Assembly: GCA_021796275.1 (NCBI GenBank) | Contig: JAJYOI010000001.1 | Span: 6,803-70,802, forward strand | Direction of reading: 5' to 3' | Length of the DNA: 64,000 nucleotides | Source of the DNA: Bacteroidota bacterium | Lineage (GTDB): Bacteria; Bacteroidota; Ignavibacteria; UBA10030; UBA8401 | In this document: piece after piece, positions 28,882 to 38,248 of the stretch | Position numbering within the stretch: the first letter of the stretch is position 1 | How the letters are laid out: each line of letters opens with the position of its first letter | Program-made: the position numbers and the translations under genes | Notes under the pieces: model-generated | What the model saw: the letters and a program-made list of their open reading frames with translations, nothing else | Told to the model about the DNA's origin: nothing | The model's database searches: none

Positions 28882-28944
28882 TTACTCTGGTTTTGATTTT
28901 CAAAACAATCTTTTTTGCGTAACATGACTTCATAATTTATTTTT

Positions 28945-29691
28945 TCAAAACACCCCGCGCACAGTAAGAAGAAGTCCGTCAGGCACGCCGCTGTCGCTAA
29001 GCAAGGAAGATTCAATTCGGAGATTGATTCCACTTTCTGCCACATTATTATTGTAGCGGCGCACAAGTCGTGCAGCATTCAATGCGCTCACAACATGATT
29101 CACAATGATTGCTCCGATCACAAACCGTGAATTGTTGAACACGCGATCGCTCGAAACCCGTGCCGTGCGAAATTGCTGGCGGTTGGCATCGGAATCCCAT
29201 TGCCAGGCATATCCCTGATTTGGATCGTACACTTTGTCCGGCTGACGATCACGCAGCTTCTTATCGTTGTATTCGTACACATTCATAAAATTGCTGACAT
29301 CAACGTAGAACTGATCACTCTTCCCGCTTGCAGGCACGCCTGAATGTGAGGCGGCAAATGCGCGCCCGTCGTTCTGAAGCCACGTGCCGTATGTTTCAAA
29401 TGAAGCGTACGTCAGCCACAAACCCGCTTCTGCGCCGAGAAAATATCGCCCGGATTCGAAACCGCCGGCGTACCATTCGCCTAACCCGGGAACTAAGAGC
29501 GAGTAGACAACAGCCGCCGCTACAGATTTTTTTGTCGAAGAGCTTTGTGTATTTTCGAAGATGCCGGACGGCGGCGTTGCCGCATTCATTTCTTTCACTA
29601 ATTGTTGACGGAGCGGAATTGTTTCAGTCTGTGCAACAGCATTTCCTGTCACACAAAGAATATAAAAAACAATCAATAATTTCAGTTTCAC
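28945..29691 (-). CDS. Hypothetical secreted protein of 248 aa
   Basis: Signal peptide MKLKLLIVFYILCVTGNAVAQ. It is Gly/Tyr/Trp-rich and possibly beta-rich periplasmic or OM-associated. Confidence 0.5.
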   Translation of the reverse strand: MKLKLLIVFYILCVTGNAVAQTETIPLRQQLVKEMNAATPPSGIFENTQSSSTKKSVAAAVVYSLLVPGLGEWYAGGFESGRYFLGAEAGLWLTYASFETYGTWLQNDGRAFAASHSGVPASGKSDQFYVDVSNFMNVYEYNDKKLRDRQPDKVYDPNQGYAWQWDSDANRQQFRTARVSSDRVFNNSRFVIGAIIVNHVVSALNAARLVRRYNNNVAESGINLRIESSLLSDSGVPDGLLLTVRGVF

Positions 29692-29771
29692 CGTTATGCC
29701 TCAAATACTAATTTGTACTGTGAAAAATACAAAATCGAATTATGAAATGAAAATTTTGCCGCCGAAAAAAT

Positions 29772-31235
29772 TTATTCGACAAGTGAAGGAACTAACGGAA
29801 GATACGGAATTGACACCGGCACCGCACATGCCTGCTCAACTTCTCCAACACATGCATCGGATGTTACATGCACCAGCCGGACACGCACGAAGGAATTTTC
29901 CAGCGACGTGAGCGCCTGTGGCGCCATGGCGCCCTGCGCCGGATGATACGGCACTTGAACGCGCACGTAATTATCCGTGTACCCGGAGAATCCCGCTGAA
30001 CGGGATGCCGTAAAGTCATCAACCACGCCGTCGCATGTGCGGCACATATTGTCCTCACTCGTTCCTTCCGCCATGCCGCTGGCGTGGTTTTCAACAAGAA
30101 CATCAAGGCTGCGGCCAATTTGTGTTTCGTAAAACGCATGTTTCTTTTTGTGACCAAGCGTGCGAAGCATTTCGCTTCTGCGGTAACGAATGCGCGGTTC
30201 CACGCGTCCTTCAAATTCCACCGACGGAGTATTGGCGCGTTCAGAGTATGTGAAAACATGCAAATAGCTCACAGGAAGAACATGAAGAAAATTGTATTCC
30301 TGCTCAAAAATTTCATTCGTCTCACCCGGAAAGCCGACAATCACATCAGCACCAATGCCGGCATCAGGATTTTTATCTTTTATAGTATGAATCAGATTGG
30401 CATAAGATGACGTGGTATAACGGCGGCGCATTGCTTTCAATTGTGCGTCACTGCCGCTCTGTAATGGAATATGAAAATGCTTGCAGATTTTTTCAGAAGC
30501 GAGCCAATACCCAAGCAATGAAGGTGTAAGCAAATTCGGTTCAATAGAACTGACACGGATGCGCTCAATTCCTTCCACACTTTCCAACGCCTGAAGCAGC
30601 ATCAAGAGTGAATTTCCATCATGCTTTCCGTAATCACCAACGTTTACTCCGGTAAGGACAATTTCTTTGTAGCCCATTTCTTGAAGCTTGTGCGCTTGCT
30701 GAACACATGCTTCGATAGATTGACTTCTGCTTTTGCCGCGGGCCAGCGGAATTGTGCAGAACGAACAACTGAAATCGCAGCCGTCCTGTACTTTTAAGAA
30801 TGCACGCGTGCGGTCATCCACTCCGCCTGAATACGCAATACCGAAATCTTTTGCTTCGTCAATCGAGGGAACAAAAATTTTCGGCGCCGGCTGTTTTGTA
30901 AAATCACCGGCGTATGAGAAGACGTGAAATTTTTCCGATGCTCCAAGAACAATATCAACGCCGTCTATGGAAGCAATTTGCTCCGGTTCAAGCTGCGCAT
31001 AACAGCCCAGCACAATCACACATGCATCGGGTGAGGTGCGCAAAGCACGCCGCACAATTTGTCGGCACTCCCGATTCGCGCGCTCGGTTACACTGCACGT
31101 GTTTATCACACACACATCAGATGGCTGGTCAAACGAAGTAACGGAAAAGCCATGGTCAACGAACTGGCGTTCGAGACTCGCCGTTTCGGCATAGTTCAAC
31201 TTGCATCCGAGTGTATAAAAGGAAACAGTCTTCAT
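29772..31235 (-). CDS. mtaB: Radical-SAM methylthiotransferase, MiaB-like (MtaB/RimO family)
   Basis: UPF0004 N-terminal domain YTLGCKLNYAETASL. CxxxCxxC radical-SAM cluster (CDFSCSFC). A TRAM-like C-terminus. Confidence 0.75.
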   Translation of the reverse strand: MKTVSFYTLGCKLNYAETASLERQFVDHGFSVTSFDQPSDVCVINTCSVTERANRECRQIVRRALRTSPDACVIVLGCYAQLEPEQIASIDGVDIVLGASEKFHVFSYAGDFTKQPAPKIFVPSIDEAKDFGIAYSGGVDDRTRAFLKVQDGCDFSCSFCTIPLARGKSRSQSIEACVQQAHKLQEMGYKEIVLTGVNVGDYGKHDGNSLLMLLQALESVEGIERIRVSSIEPNLLTPSLLGYWLASEKICKHFHIPLQSGSDAQLKAMRRRYTTSSYANLIHTIKDKNPDAGIGADVIVGFPGETNEIFEQEYNFLHVLPVSYLHVFTYSERANTPSVEFEGRVEPRIRYRRSEMLRTLGHKKKHAFYETQIGRSLDVLVENHASGMAEGTSEDNMCRTCDGVVDDFTASRSAGFSGYTDNYVRVQVPYHPAQGAMAPQALTSLENSFVRVRLVHVTSDACVGEVEQACAVPVSIPYLPLVPSLVE

Positions 31236-31250
31236 TGAATTGCTTCACTA

Positions 31251-31307
31251 TAAAAAAAGTCCCGCTGAACAATCCCCGTATACGGGATAAGCGGGACTCT
31301 TTTTTTC
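31251..31307 (-). terminator. Long stem-loop flanked by an A-run and a T-run (agtcccgct...agcgggact). It is the rho-independent terminator downstream of rpsA.
   Basis: 9-bp outer stem with an inner cccgta/tacggg hairpin. There is a T-run on both strands. Confidence 0.6.
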
Positions 31308-31321
31308 TCTGATCATCTTCG

Positions 31322-33079
31322 TCAGTTCGTTGAGGACTCTGGCACCGGCGGCGTATCGCTGCTCGGCGGAGGAGGAACAGACATTGTGTCCTTTAACGTG
31401 ACCGGCGGGAGCTTATGCTGAGCAACATACTCATCAACAAGCTTCTGTTCTTTACCGCGCAGATACTCAACGACAGAAAGAACAATTTTCTTGCTCTCGC
31501 GCTCAAATTCGATCACACTTAACGGCAACGTATCGCCGACCTGAAACGCTTCAGCAATATTCCTGATCTGCGTCTGCGATAATTGTGAGAGTGGAACAAA
31601 TCCATCGACACCAAGAGGAAGTTCAACGATCACGCCCTTTTTAATGATGCGGACAATTTTTCCTTCGACTTCTGTGCCAATCTTGTAGGAATCTGCGAAC
31701 GCTTCCCACGGATTGTCGCTTAATTGTTTGTGGCCGAGAGAAATGCGGCGCTGCTCCACATCAACGCTCAAGATAACGACATCAATGGAATCGCCTTTTT
31801 TCACAACCTCGCCGGGGTGACGAATTTTCTTTGTCCACGACAAGTCAGAAATGTGGATCAAGCCGTCAACGCCTTGTTCCAATTCGACGAACACACCGAA
31901 GTTCGTCAAGTTGCGGACAATACCACTATGGCGCGAGCCGATCGGATATTTCTGCAACAGCGTCATCCACGGATCAGGTTCAAGTTGTTTAATGCCGAGA
32001 GAGATTTTTTTATTCTCCTTATCAAGCGAAAGAATAACGGCATCTATAATTTGTCCCATTGAAACAACCTGCGACGGATGTTTGATATGCTGTGTCCAGC
32101 TCATTTCAGAAATGTGAATCAAACCTTCAATGCCTTTTTCAATTTCAATGAACGCTCCGTAATCCGTCAACGAAACCACTTTACCGGAGACCTTTGTGCC
32201 GACCGGATATTTCGTTTCGATATTTTCCCACGGATGCGGCTGCAATTGTTTGTAGCCGAGAGAAATTCTCTTTTTCTCTGCATCGAAATCGAGAACGACA
32301 ACATTGATAACTTGATCAAGCTTCACAATTTCCGACGGGTGACCGACACGTCCCCACGATAAATCGGTGATATGAACAAGTCCGTCAACGCCGCCAAGAT
32401 CAATGAACACGCCGAAATCAGAAATCGCTTTGACTGTTCCTTCGAGAATTTGTCCTTTCTCAAGACTGTCAAGAATTGCTTTGCGTTGGTCAGCAATTTC
32501 TTCTTCAACAAGAATTTTATGACTCACGACAACATTTTCAGAGGGATGATTGATTTTCACCACACGAAAATCCATTTCTCTTCCGATGAGTGCATCAAAA
32601 TCGCGCACAGGCCGAACATCAATTTGCGAGCCGGGAAGGAACGCATCAATGCCAAGCAAATCGACGACAATTCCTCCTTTGATACGCCGGACACACCGCC
32701 CCTTCAACACTTCTCCCGTTTCATACGAACGCGTCACGCGCTCCCAAATCCGCATGAAATCTGCTCGTTTCCGCGAGAGAACAAGCTGGCCGTCTTTATC
32801 TTCAATGCTTTCGAGAAAGACCTCAACTTCATCGCCGACTTTCAGCTCAGAAAGATTTGTGAACTCATTTTTCGCGACCGTGCCTTCCGATTTGAATCCG
32901 ATATCCAGCGCAATTTCGTTGTCGCCGATATGTACAATTCTTCCTTTGACAATTTCGCCTTGCGAAATTTTCCCAAGGGTGCTTTCGTACAACGCGGCTA
33001 ATTCCTTAAATTCAGATTCGGAATACTCCTTTTCGTCTCCGAATCCTAGTGTGGTTTTTACTGCTTCATCTGTAGACAT
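31322..33079 (-). CDS. rpsA: 30S ribosomal protein S1
   Basis: Multiple S1 RNA-binding repeats (GxV.G.V..i..fGaFV.l..g..GL.HiSe). 585 aa. Confidence 0.9.
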   Translation of the reverse strand: MSTDEAVKTTLGFGDEKEYSESEFKELAALYESTLGKISQGEIVKGRIVHIGDNEIALDIGFKSEGTVAKNEFTNLSELKVGDEVEVFLESIEDKDGQLVLSRKRADFMRIWERVTRSYETGEVLKGRCVRRIKGGIVVDLLGIDAFLPGSQIDVRPVRDFDALIGREMDFRVVKINHPSENVVVSHKILVEEEIADQRKAILDSLEKGQILEGTVKAISDFGVFIDLGGVDGLVHITDLSWGRVGHPSEIVKLDQVINVVVLDFDAEKKRISLGYKQLQPHPWENIETKYPVGTKVSGKVVSLTDYGAFIEIEKGIEGLIHISEMSWTQHIKHPSQVVSMGQIIDAVILSLDKENKKISLGIKQLEPDPWMTLLQKYPIGSRHSGIVRNLTNFGVFVELEQGVDGLIHISDLSWTKKIRHPGEVVKKGDSIDVVILSVDVEQRRISLGHKQLSDNPWEAFADSYKIGTEVEGKIVRIIKKGVIVELPLGVDGFVPLSQLSQTQIRNIAEAFQVGDTLPLSVIEFERESKKIVLSVVEYLRGKEQKLVDEYVAQHKLPPVTLKDTMSVPPPPSSDTPPVPESSTN

Positions 33080-33228
33080 TAACGCTCCTTAACGTCCCGC
33101 TTTTAACGAGACTGCTTATTGTTTTTCGCCGGGTGTGAACAGCCATCACATTCATTCCGCGAAAAAATTCAACAAGCAAAAATAGATTATGGTTGATTGT
33201 TTTAGTGAATTACTGATGACTTAAAAAA

Positions 33229-34119
33229 TTATGCACGCACATGTACGATCTCTTCGATTGAAGATTTGATACGCTCCATCAGCCACTGCGGCGTTGACGT
33301 CGCACCGCTGATGCCGACCGTTTCAACATTTTCAAACCACTCTGGCTGAAGTTCGTTTTCATCTTCAACAAAATACGTCCGCGGGTTTTCTTCTCTGGCA
33401 ATTTCAAAAAGCACTTTTCCGTTTGAACTTTTCTTCCCGGCAACAAATATCAGCACATCGTTGCTTCGGGAAAACTCGCGCAGTTTTTTATCACGTCCCG
33501 ATACCTGTCCGCAAATCGTGTCTTTCGCATGAAAATCAATCGCCATTTCTTCAAAGGTGCCAACTTCAAATTCTGCCTTGATCTTCGACCGGATTTCATC
33601 ACGGATGGCATAGAACGTCGCTTTATCCATTGTGGTTTGAGAAAACAATACTGTGTTTCGTGTGAGATCGAGTTTCGAAACTTCTTCCACCGACTTGATT
33701 ACGATTGCTGTCCCGTTCGTGTGGCCGACCAAGCCGATCACTTCGGCATGATCTTTTTTTCCAAAGATCACAATCTGGTACTCTTTGTCATAGAACTTGC
33801 GGATACGTTCCTGAACTTTCGTCACAACCGGGCATGTCGCATCAATCAATTCGATGCCTAATTCTTTCGCGCGGCGATATGTTTCAGGCGGCTCACCATG
33901 AGCGCGAATAAGAACTTTTGCATCTTTAATATTTTCGAGATCGGCATGAGAAATTGTTTTCAATCCTTCTTCTCCCAGCCGCTCAATCTCAAGCGGATTG
34001 TGAATAATATCACCAAGCGAATATAATTTCTTCGATTCCCGCAATTCCTGTTCTGCAATCTCAATAGTCCGCACAACGCCCCAGCAGAAACCGGAATTCG
34101 GATCAACCGTTACTTTCAT
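33229..34119 (-). CDS. ispH: 4-hydroxy-3-methylbut-2-enyl diphosphate reductase
   Basis: GFCWGVVRTI N-terminus with conserved Cys positions. 296 aa. Confidence 0.9.
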   Translation of the reverse strand: MKVTVDPNSGFCWGVVRTIEIAEQELRESKKLYSLGDIIHNPLEIERLGEEGLKTISHADLENIKDAKVLIRAHGEPPETYRRAKELGIELIDATCPVVTKVQERIRKFYDKEYQIVIFGKKDHAEVIGLVGHTNGTAIVIKSVEEVSKLDLTRNTVLFSQTTMDKATFYAIRDEIRSKIKAEFEVGTFEEMAIDFHAKDTICGQVSGRDKKLREFSRSNDVLIFVAGKKSSNGKVLFEIAREENPRTYFVEDENELQPEWFENVETVGISGATSTPQWLMERIKSSIEEIVHVRA

Positions 34120-34826
34120 CGCATCTTCTCCATCACCTTCGCCACAATAAACTCTACCTGTTCTTCCACACTCAGTGTTGTCGTATCAAGAACAATTGCA
34201 TCCTTTGCCTGCCTCAGAGGACTGAGAGTGCGGCTTGTATCTTTCTTGTCTCTGTCGACAATTTCCTTTTCCAATTCATCTAACGAAACATTTGTACCGC
34301 GTTCTGCCAGTTCCTTGCTCCGCCGCCGCGCGCGTTCATGCGCCTCGGCAATCATAAAAATTTTTACATCGGCTTTTGGGAAAACGACTGTGCCAATATC
34401 TCTGCCTTCCAGCACAATGCCGCCTTTCCTTCCCATCGCTTGCTGCTCGCGTACCATCAGCGCTCTTACCTCTGCAATGCTGCTCACAGCGCTCACTGCT
34501 TTGGTAACTTTCGGACGGCGAATATCTTCACTCACATCAACACCATCCAGCAACACGCTCGACTTTCCGCTGTTGTGAAACAAACGAACTGTCGTCTGTG
34601 GTACAAGGCGCGCAATGCTTGCCGTGTTCTGTATGTCAATTCCTTGTTGAAGCACTTTCAAAGTAAACGCGCGATACATCGCGCCGGTATCAACATGCAA
34701 GTATCCAAGCCGTTCTGCAACAAGTTTGGCAGTTGTGCTTTTTCCCGACGCCGCAGGTCCATCTATTGCAATAATAAGCCGCTTCAAAAGGTTCCGTATG
34801 TTCAGTTTGGATTTGAAATATACCAT
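34116..34826 (-). CDS. cmk: Cytidylate kinase
   Basis: IAIDGPAASGKST P-loop. About 225 aa. Overlaps the ispH start by 4 nt. Confidence 0.85.
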   Translation of the reverse strand: MVYFKSKLNIRNLLKRLIIAIDGPAASGKSTTAKLVAERLGYLHVDTGAMYRAFTLKVLQQGIDIQNTASIARLVPQTTVRLFHNSGKSSVLLDGVDVSEDIRRPKVTKAVSAVSSIAEVRALMVREQQAMGRKGGIVLEGRDIGTVVFPKADVKIFMIAEAHERARRRSKELAERGTNVSLDELEKEIVDRDKKDTSRTLSPLRQAKDAIVLDTTTLSVEEQVEFIVAKVMEKMR

Positions 34827-34869
34827 TTTTTTGAAAGTGAGGCAACTTGTTTAATTCAGAAGCTGTCCA

Positions 34870-34898
34870 TTGCATTGCTTCCGCCTTTTATTTAATTT
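34870..34898 (+). promoter_or_regulatory. Candidate sigma-70 promoter TTGCAT-N17-TAATTT in the divergent cmk / GT2 intergenic region
   Basis: Hexamers and the 17-nt spacer are read from the sequence. It would give a very short leader for the GT2 gene at 34908. Confidence 0.3.
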
Positions 34899-34907
34899 GA
34901 TTCAGCT

Positions 34908-36032
34908 ATGAAATACGAACTTGCTGTTATCATCATTAACGCAATCCTTTTTTTTTGCTACCTCGCCATTCATAGCCTTGTCATACGAGGTATGGCAAAG
35001 CTTCGCAAGGGAAACAATACAGAAATGCGCCGGTTTTCAATCATCGTTGCGGCACGAAATGAGGAAAAGTGCATCGGAAGCTGCCTCGAATTTTTGGCGA
35101 AACTCGAATATCCAAAGAAGCTGTACGAAATCATCGTCGTGAACGACCGCTCCACTGACGCGACCGAAAAAATCGTTCAGGAATACCAAAGAAAATATCC
35201 AATCATTCGCTTGATCTCACTCGACAACATCACGTCCGATCTGCCGGGAAAAAAAAATGCGCTGAACGAAGCGATCAAGGCAAGCACGAATGAGATACTC
35301 GCTTTCACAGACGCAGATTCCATTGTACCGCCGCAATGGCTTACGATACTTTCAGAATATTTTGAGCCAACTGTCGGAGCTGTTGCGGGTTACTCGCCTT
35401 TTGAAGAACATTCTATCGAAACACTTTCTGCCAAAATCGGAGACGGCTTCCTTCGCTATGAAGAAATGAAGAACTCATCAGCTACAGCTGCTGGTATTGG
35501 ATTGAAAAATGCTTACATGTGCACCGGAAGAAATTTTGCTTACCGCAAAAAAGTTTTCGAACAGGTTGGCGGATTTCAAAAAATCAAGCACTCGATCAGC
35601 GGCGATGACGATCTGCTCATCCAGCTTATGCAAAAAGAAACGACATGGGAAATCCGTTATATGTCCGAACCGGAAAGTTTTGTTAAAACTCAACCACCGT
35701 TGACATTCAAGGAGTTTATCAATCAGCGGAAGCGGCATTTTTCTGCCGCACAATTTTATCCGGCAAAGATGAAAATCATCTTCGCGTTGATTCACTCATT
35801 TAACGCCGTATTGATGATTTCGTTTTTTTTCGCCCCGGCTACAGCAGGAATATTTGCGATCGGGAAATTTATCATTGACGGCATTCTTATCCGTAAAGCA
35901 ATACAAACATTCGGGAATCGGAATCTGTTTAAATGGTTTGTTCCATTGGAAATTTGTTTTATCTTCTACAACCTGTTGATAGGCCCGCTCGGCCTTGTTG
36001 GAAAATTTAATTGGAAAAGTTCTCTCGAATGA
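34908..36032 (+). CDS. Membrane-bound glycosyltransferase family 2 (N-terminal TM, GT-A domain, C-terminal TM helices)
   Basis: RFSIIVAARNEEKCIGSCLEFL...VVNDRSTDATEKIV and a DxD region. Several C-terminal TM helices. It is a paralog of 36988-38151. Confidence 0.75.
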   Translation: MKYELAVIIINAILFFCYLAIHSLVIRGMAKLRKGNNTEMRRFSIIVAARNEEKCIGSCLEFLAKLEYPKKLYEIIVVNDRSTDATEKIVQEYQRKYPIIRLISLDNITSDLPGKKNALNEAIKASTNEILAFTDADSIVPPQWLTILSEYFEPTVGAVAGYSPFEEHSIETLSAKIGDGFLRYEEMKNSSATAAGIGLKNAYMCTGRNFAYRKKVFEQVGGFQKIKHSISGDDDLLIQLMQKETTWEIRYMSEPESFVKTQPPLTFKEFINQRKRHFSAAQFYPAKMKIIFALIHSFNAVLMISFFFAPATAGIFAIGKFIIDGILIRKAIQTFGNRNLFKWFVPLEICFIFYNLLIGPLGLVGKFNWKSSLE

Positions 36033-36991
36033 AATTCTTGTCCGATCATCCGCTTCTTACCTTCACCGCGAAAATTGCCATTGGCATTGGACTCATCATT
36101 GCGCTCGTCTCATATATTAACTTCCAGAACTTGCTTGATTCGCTTGTCCATGCAAAAATCATTTATCTAATCGTCGGTGGAGCACTCATGATCGCAAACC
36201 TCACAGTGCAGTTTTATCGCTGGAGATTTCTTTTGCGATTAATTGATGAATCCGTTTCAAACGATGCAATTTTTTCTTCCCTGTTCATAGGGTTTGCTGC
36301 CGGTTTTTTTACACCGGGGCAAATCGGTGAATACGGCGGCAGGGTTGCTGCGTTGCGCTCTTTACGGGGATCAAAAGTACTTGCCTCAAGTTTAATCGAC
36401 AAACTGTACTTATTGGCTGTCACCATCACCGGCGGAATCATCGCGTTGATGTTGTTTGCCAGCTTTTTCTTACCGCGCTATTGGAGCGTTTCGTACATCG
36501 CTATCGGCTTGGCAATCGTGATTATTATGAGCATCGTGATACTGTACCCTCAACGTGTAAAACTCGTCCTGACTTTGCTGCCGAAAAAAATTCTGGAAAA
36601 TCGAGCCGTTGCCGCTTTCCTTTCAATCAATGAATTTTTTCGACGGAAACAGGCGCGCGCATTTCTCCTTTTGACGATCGTGCTGTATTCAATTATACTC
36701 TCTCAATACGTGCTCATTGCAAACTCATTCGAGAGCGTTCCATTTTATTCGGGCGTGATGTGTGCGGCATCCATCCTTATTGTCAAGTCGGCATTTCTTC
36801 CAATTTCTATCGGCGATCTTGGAATCCGCGAAGGAACGGCAATTTTCTTTTTCAGCCGCGCAGGTTTTTTACCGGCAACAGCATTTAACACTTCGATGTT
36901 CTTATTTTTTTTCAACATCTTCATCCCAAGTTTGGTTGGCGCTTTTTATATCATCCGATCAAAAGGGCAACAATCGAAATTTATTCCATGA
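36011..36991 (+). CDS. UPF0104 flippase-like integral membrane protein (lysylphosphatidylglycerol-synthase TM-region-like)
   Basis: 326 aa with about 8 TM helices. The conserved RW/R motif after TM2 (QFYRWRFLLR) is typical of PF03706-like proteins. It overlaps both flanking GT2 genes. Confidence 0.55.
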   Translation: MEKFSRMKFLSDHPLLTFTAKIAIGIGLIIALVSYINFQNLLDSLVHAKIIYLIVGGALMIANLTVQFYRWRFLLRLIDESVSNDAIFSSLFIGFAAGFFTPGQIGEYGGRVAALRSLRGSKVLASSLIDKLYLLAVTITGGIIALMLFASFFLPRYWSVSYIAIGLAIVIIMSIVILYPQRVKLVLTLLPKKILENRAVAAFLSINEFFRRKQARAFLLLTIVLYSIILSQYVLIANSFESVPFYSGVMCAASILIVKSAFLPISIGDLGIREGTAIFFFSRAGFLPATAFNTSMFLFFFNIFIPSLVGAFYIIRSKGQQSKFIP

Positions 36992-38151
36992 ATCTCTTCC
37001 CCGATATACTTTCGATTATTCTTTCCCTTCTTGGAATTATCTACGTACGGCAAATTTTTTTGTTCACCAGCGGCTTAAAGAAGCTACGAGAAGGAATTAT
37101 CGAACAACATCCCTCCATTGCTGTTGTCGTCCCAGCAAGAAATGAAGAAGCACACATCGGCGATTGTCTCTCGTCGCTTTTAAATCAAGACTATCCGAAA
37201 GATAAAATCACCATTGTTGTAGTTGACGATCAATCAACCGACAATACTTCGACAATTGTACAAAATTATGCTTCCAACTCGTCCAGAATAAAATTGCTGG
37301 GCGTTCAAAATCCCTCCAAGCATATTTCTCCAAAAATCAATGCACTGACGCTTGGCATTGCCCAGAGCAAAAGCGATATAATTTTTACAACCGACGCCGA
37401 TTGTATCGCAGGATCAAAATGGATTTCATCCATTATCAAACATTTTGCTCCTGAAGTCGGCATTGTCACGGGAACCACGGTTTTTGACAACAAACAAAAT
37501 GTTTCGCCTCTATTATTCGGTGTTCAATTCCTCGATTTTCTTTCTCACACGGCGTGTGCGGCAGGTGCCATCGGCAATGGAAATGTGAACAACTGCAATG
37601 GAAGTAATATGGCATTCCGGCGCTCAGCCTACGAAGCTGCTGGCGGATATTCTTCACTCGCACATCTCAATTCCGGAGATGATTCGCTTCTTGCCCAACA
37701 AATCGTCTCCAACACGAAATGGAAAATACGTTTTGCAAGTGAGCCTGAATCGCAGATGACAACTTTTCCTGTCGAACACTGGACAGATTTCCTTCAACAG
37801 CGCATGCGGTGGGCAGCACAAACCGCACATTACCGGCCGGCAATGCTTGTGTTTCTCGCAACTTCATTTCTCTTATACGCGCTTCTTTTTGTTTTGACGC
37901 CATTCTCGATTGCATTTTTCACCGAATTTCCGTCTCCGGTTATTGTGCTCTGTGGAAAATTTACGATCGATTATTTAATTCTCAAAAGATTCACAACGCT
38001 GACAAAGACTTCATCTGTGATGAAATTCTTTTTGCCTGCGGAAATTATCCACGTCCCTGCAATTCTCATAGCGGTGCTCGGGGGGTACTTTGGGCACTTC
38101 AAGTGGAAGGGACGAACTCTTCTGCGAACAATGGAAAAAGCGAGCGCGTAG
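36988..38151 (+). CDS. Membrane-bound glycosyltransferase family 2 (paralog of 34908-36032)
   Basis: SIAVVVPARNEEAHIGDCLSSLLNQDYPKDKITIVVVDDQSTDNTSTIV is clearly homologous to the upstream GT2 and has the same TM/GT-A/TM architecture. Confidence 0.75.
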   Translation: MNLFPDILSIILSLLGIIYVRQIFLFTSGLKKLREGIIEQHPSIAVVVPARNEEAHIGDCLSSLLNQDYPKDKITIVVVDDQSTDNTSTIVQNYASNSSRIKLLGVQNPSKHISPKINALTLGIAQSKSDIIFTTDADCIAGSKWISSIIKHFAPEVGIVTGTTVFDNKQNVSPLLFGVQFLDFLSHTACAAGAIGNGNVNNCNGSNMAFRRSAYEAAGGYSSLAHLNSGDDSLLAQQIVSNTKWKIRFASEPESQMTTFPVEHWTDFLQQRMRWAAQTAHYRPAMLVFLATSFLLYALLFVLTPFSIAFFTEFPSPVIVLCGKFTIDYLILKRFTTLTKTSSVMKFFLPAEIIHVPAILIAVLGGYFGHFKWKGRTLLRTMEKASA

Positions 38152-38248
38152 CTGCGGCGTAAAACTTTTCCATTGCACTTGGAAACTTGCTTTCCATTGA
38201 GTAAATTTATGTGCCCTTTAACGACCCACATTTCCTAAAGGAGCTGGC

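Noticed and set aside
28836-29078. 80-aa minus-strand ORF ending in ...NVIPAKAGIQVWMPD across the double-hairpin element
   Set aside because: It is the translation of the palindromic ATTCCC-N8-GGGAAT element and the 3' end of the neighbouring gene, in another frame. It is a repeat-derived artefact and not a gene.
34827-34907. Strand switch interpreted as a replication origin
   Set aside because: Strand orientation flips again at 39.9, 49.9 and 58.3 kb. No dnaA, DnaA-box cluster or AT-rich DUE is visible.
35249-35257. A9 homopolymer inside the GT2 ORF as a phase-variation switch. There are similar A8/T8 tracts at 461-468 and 18114-18121.
   Set aside because: The genome is AT-rich and Lys codons (AAA) are abundant. 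Nine As is at the lower edge of slip-prone tracts. I kept it only as a minor note under the GT2 module.
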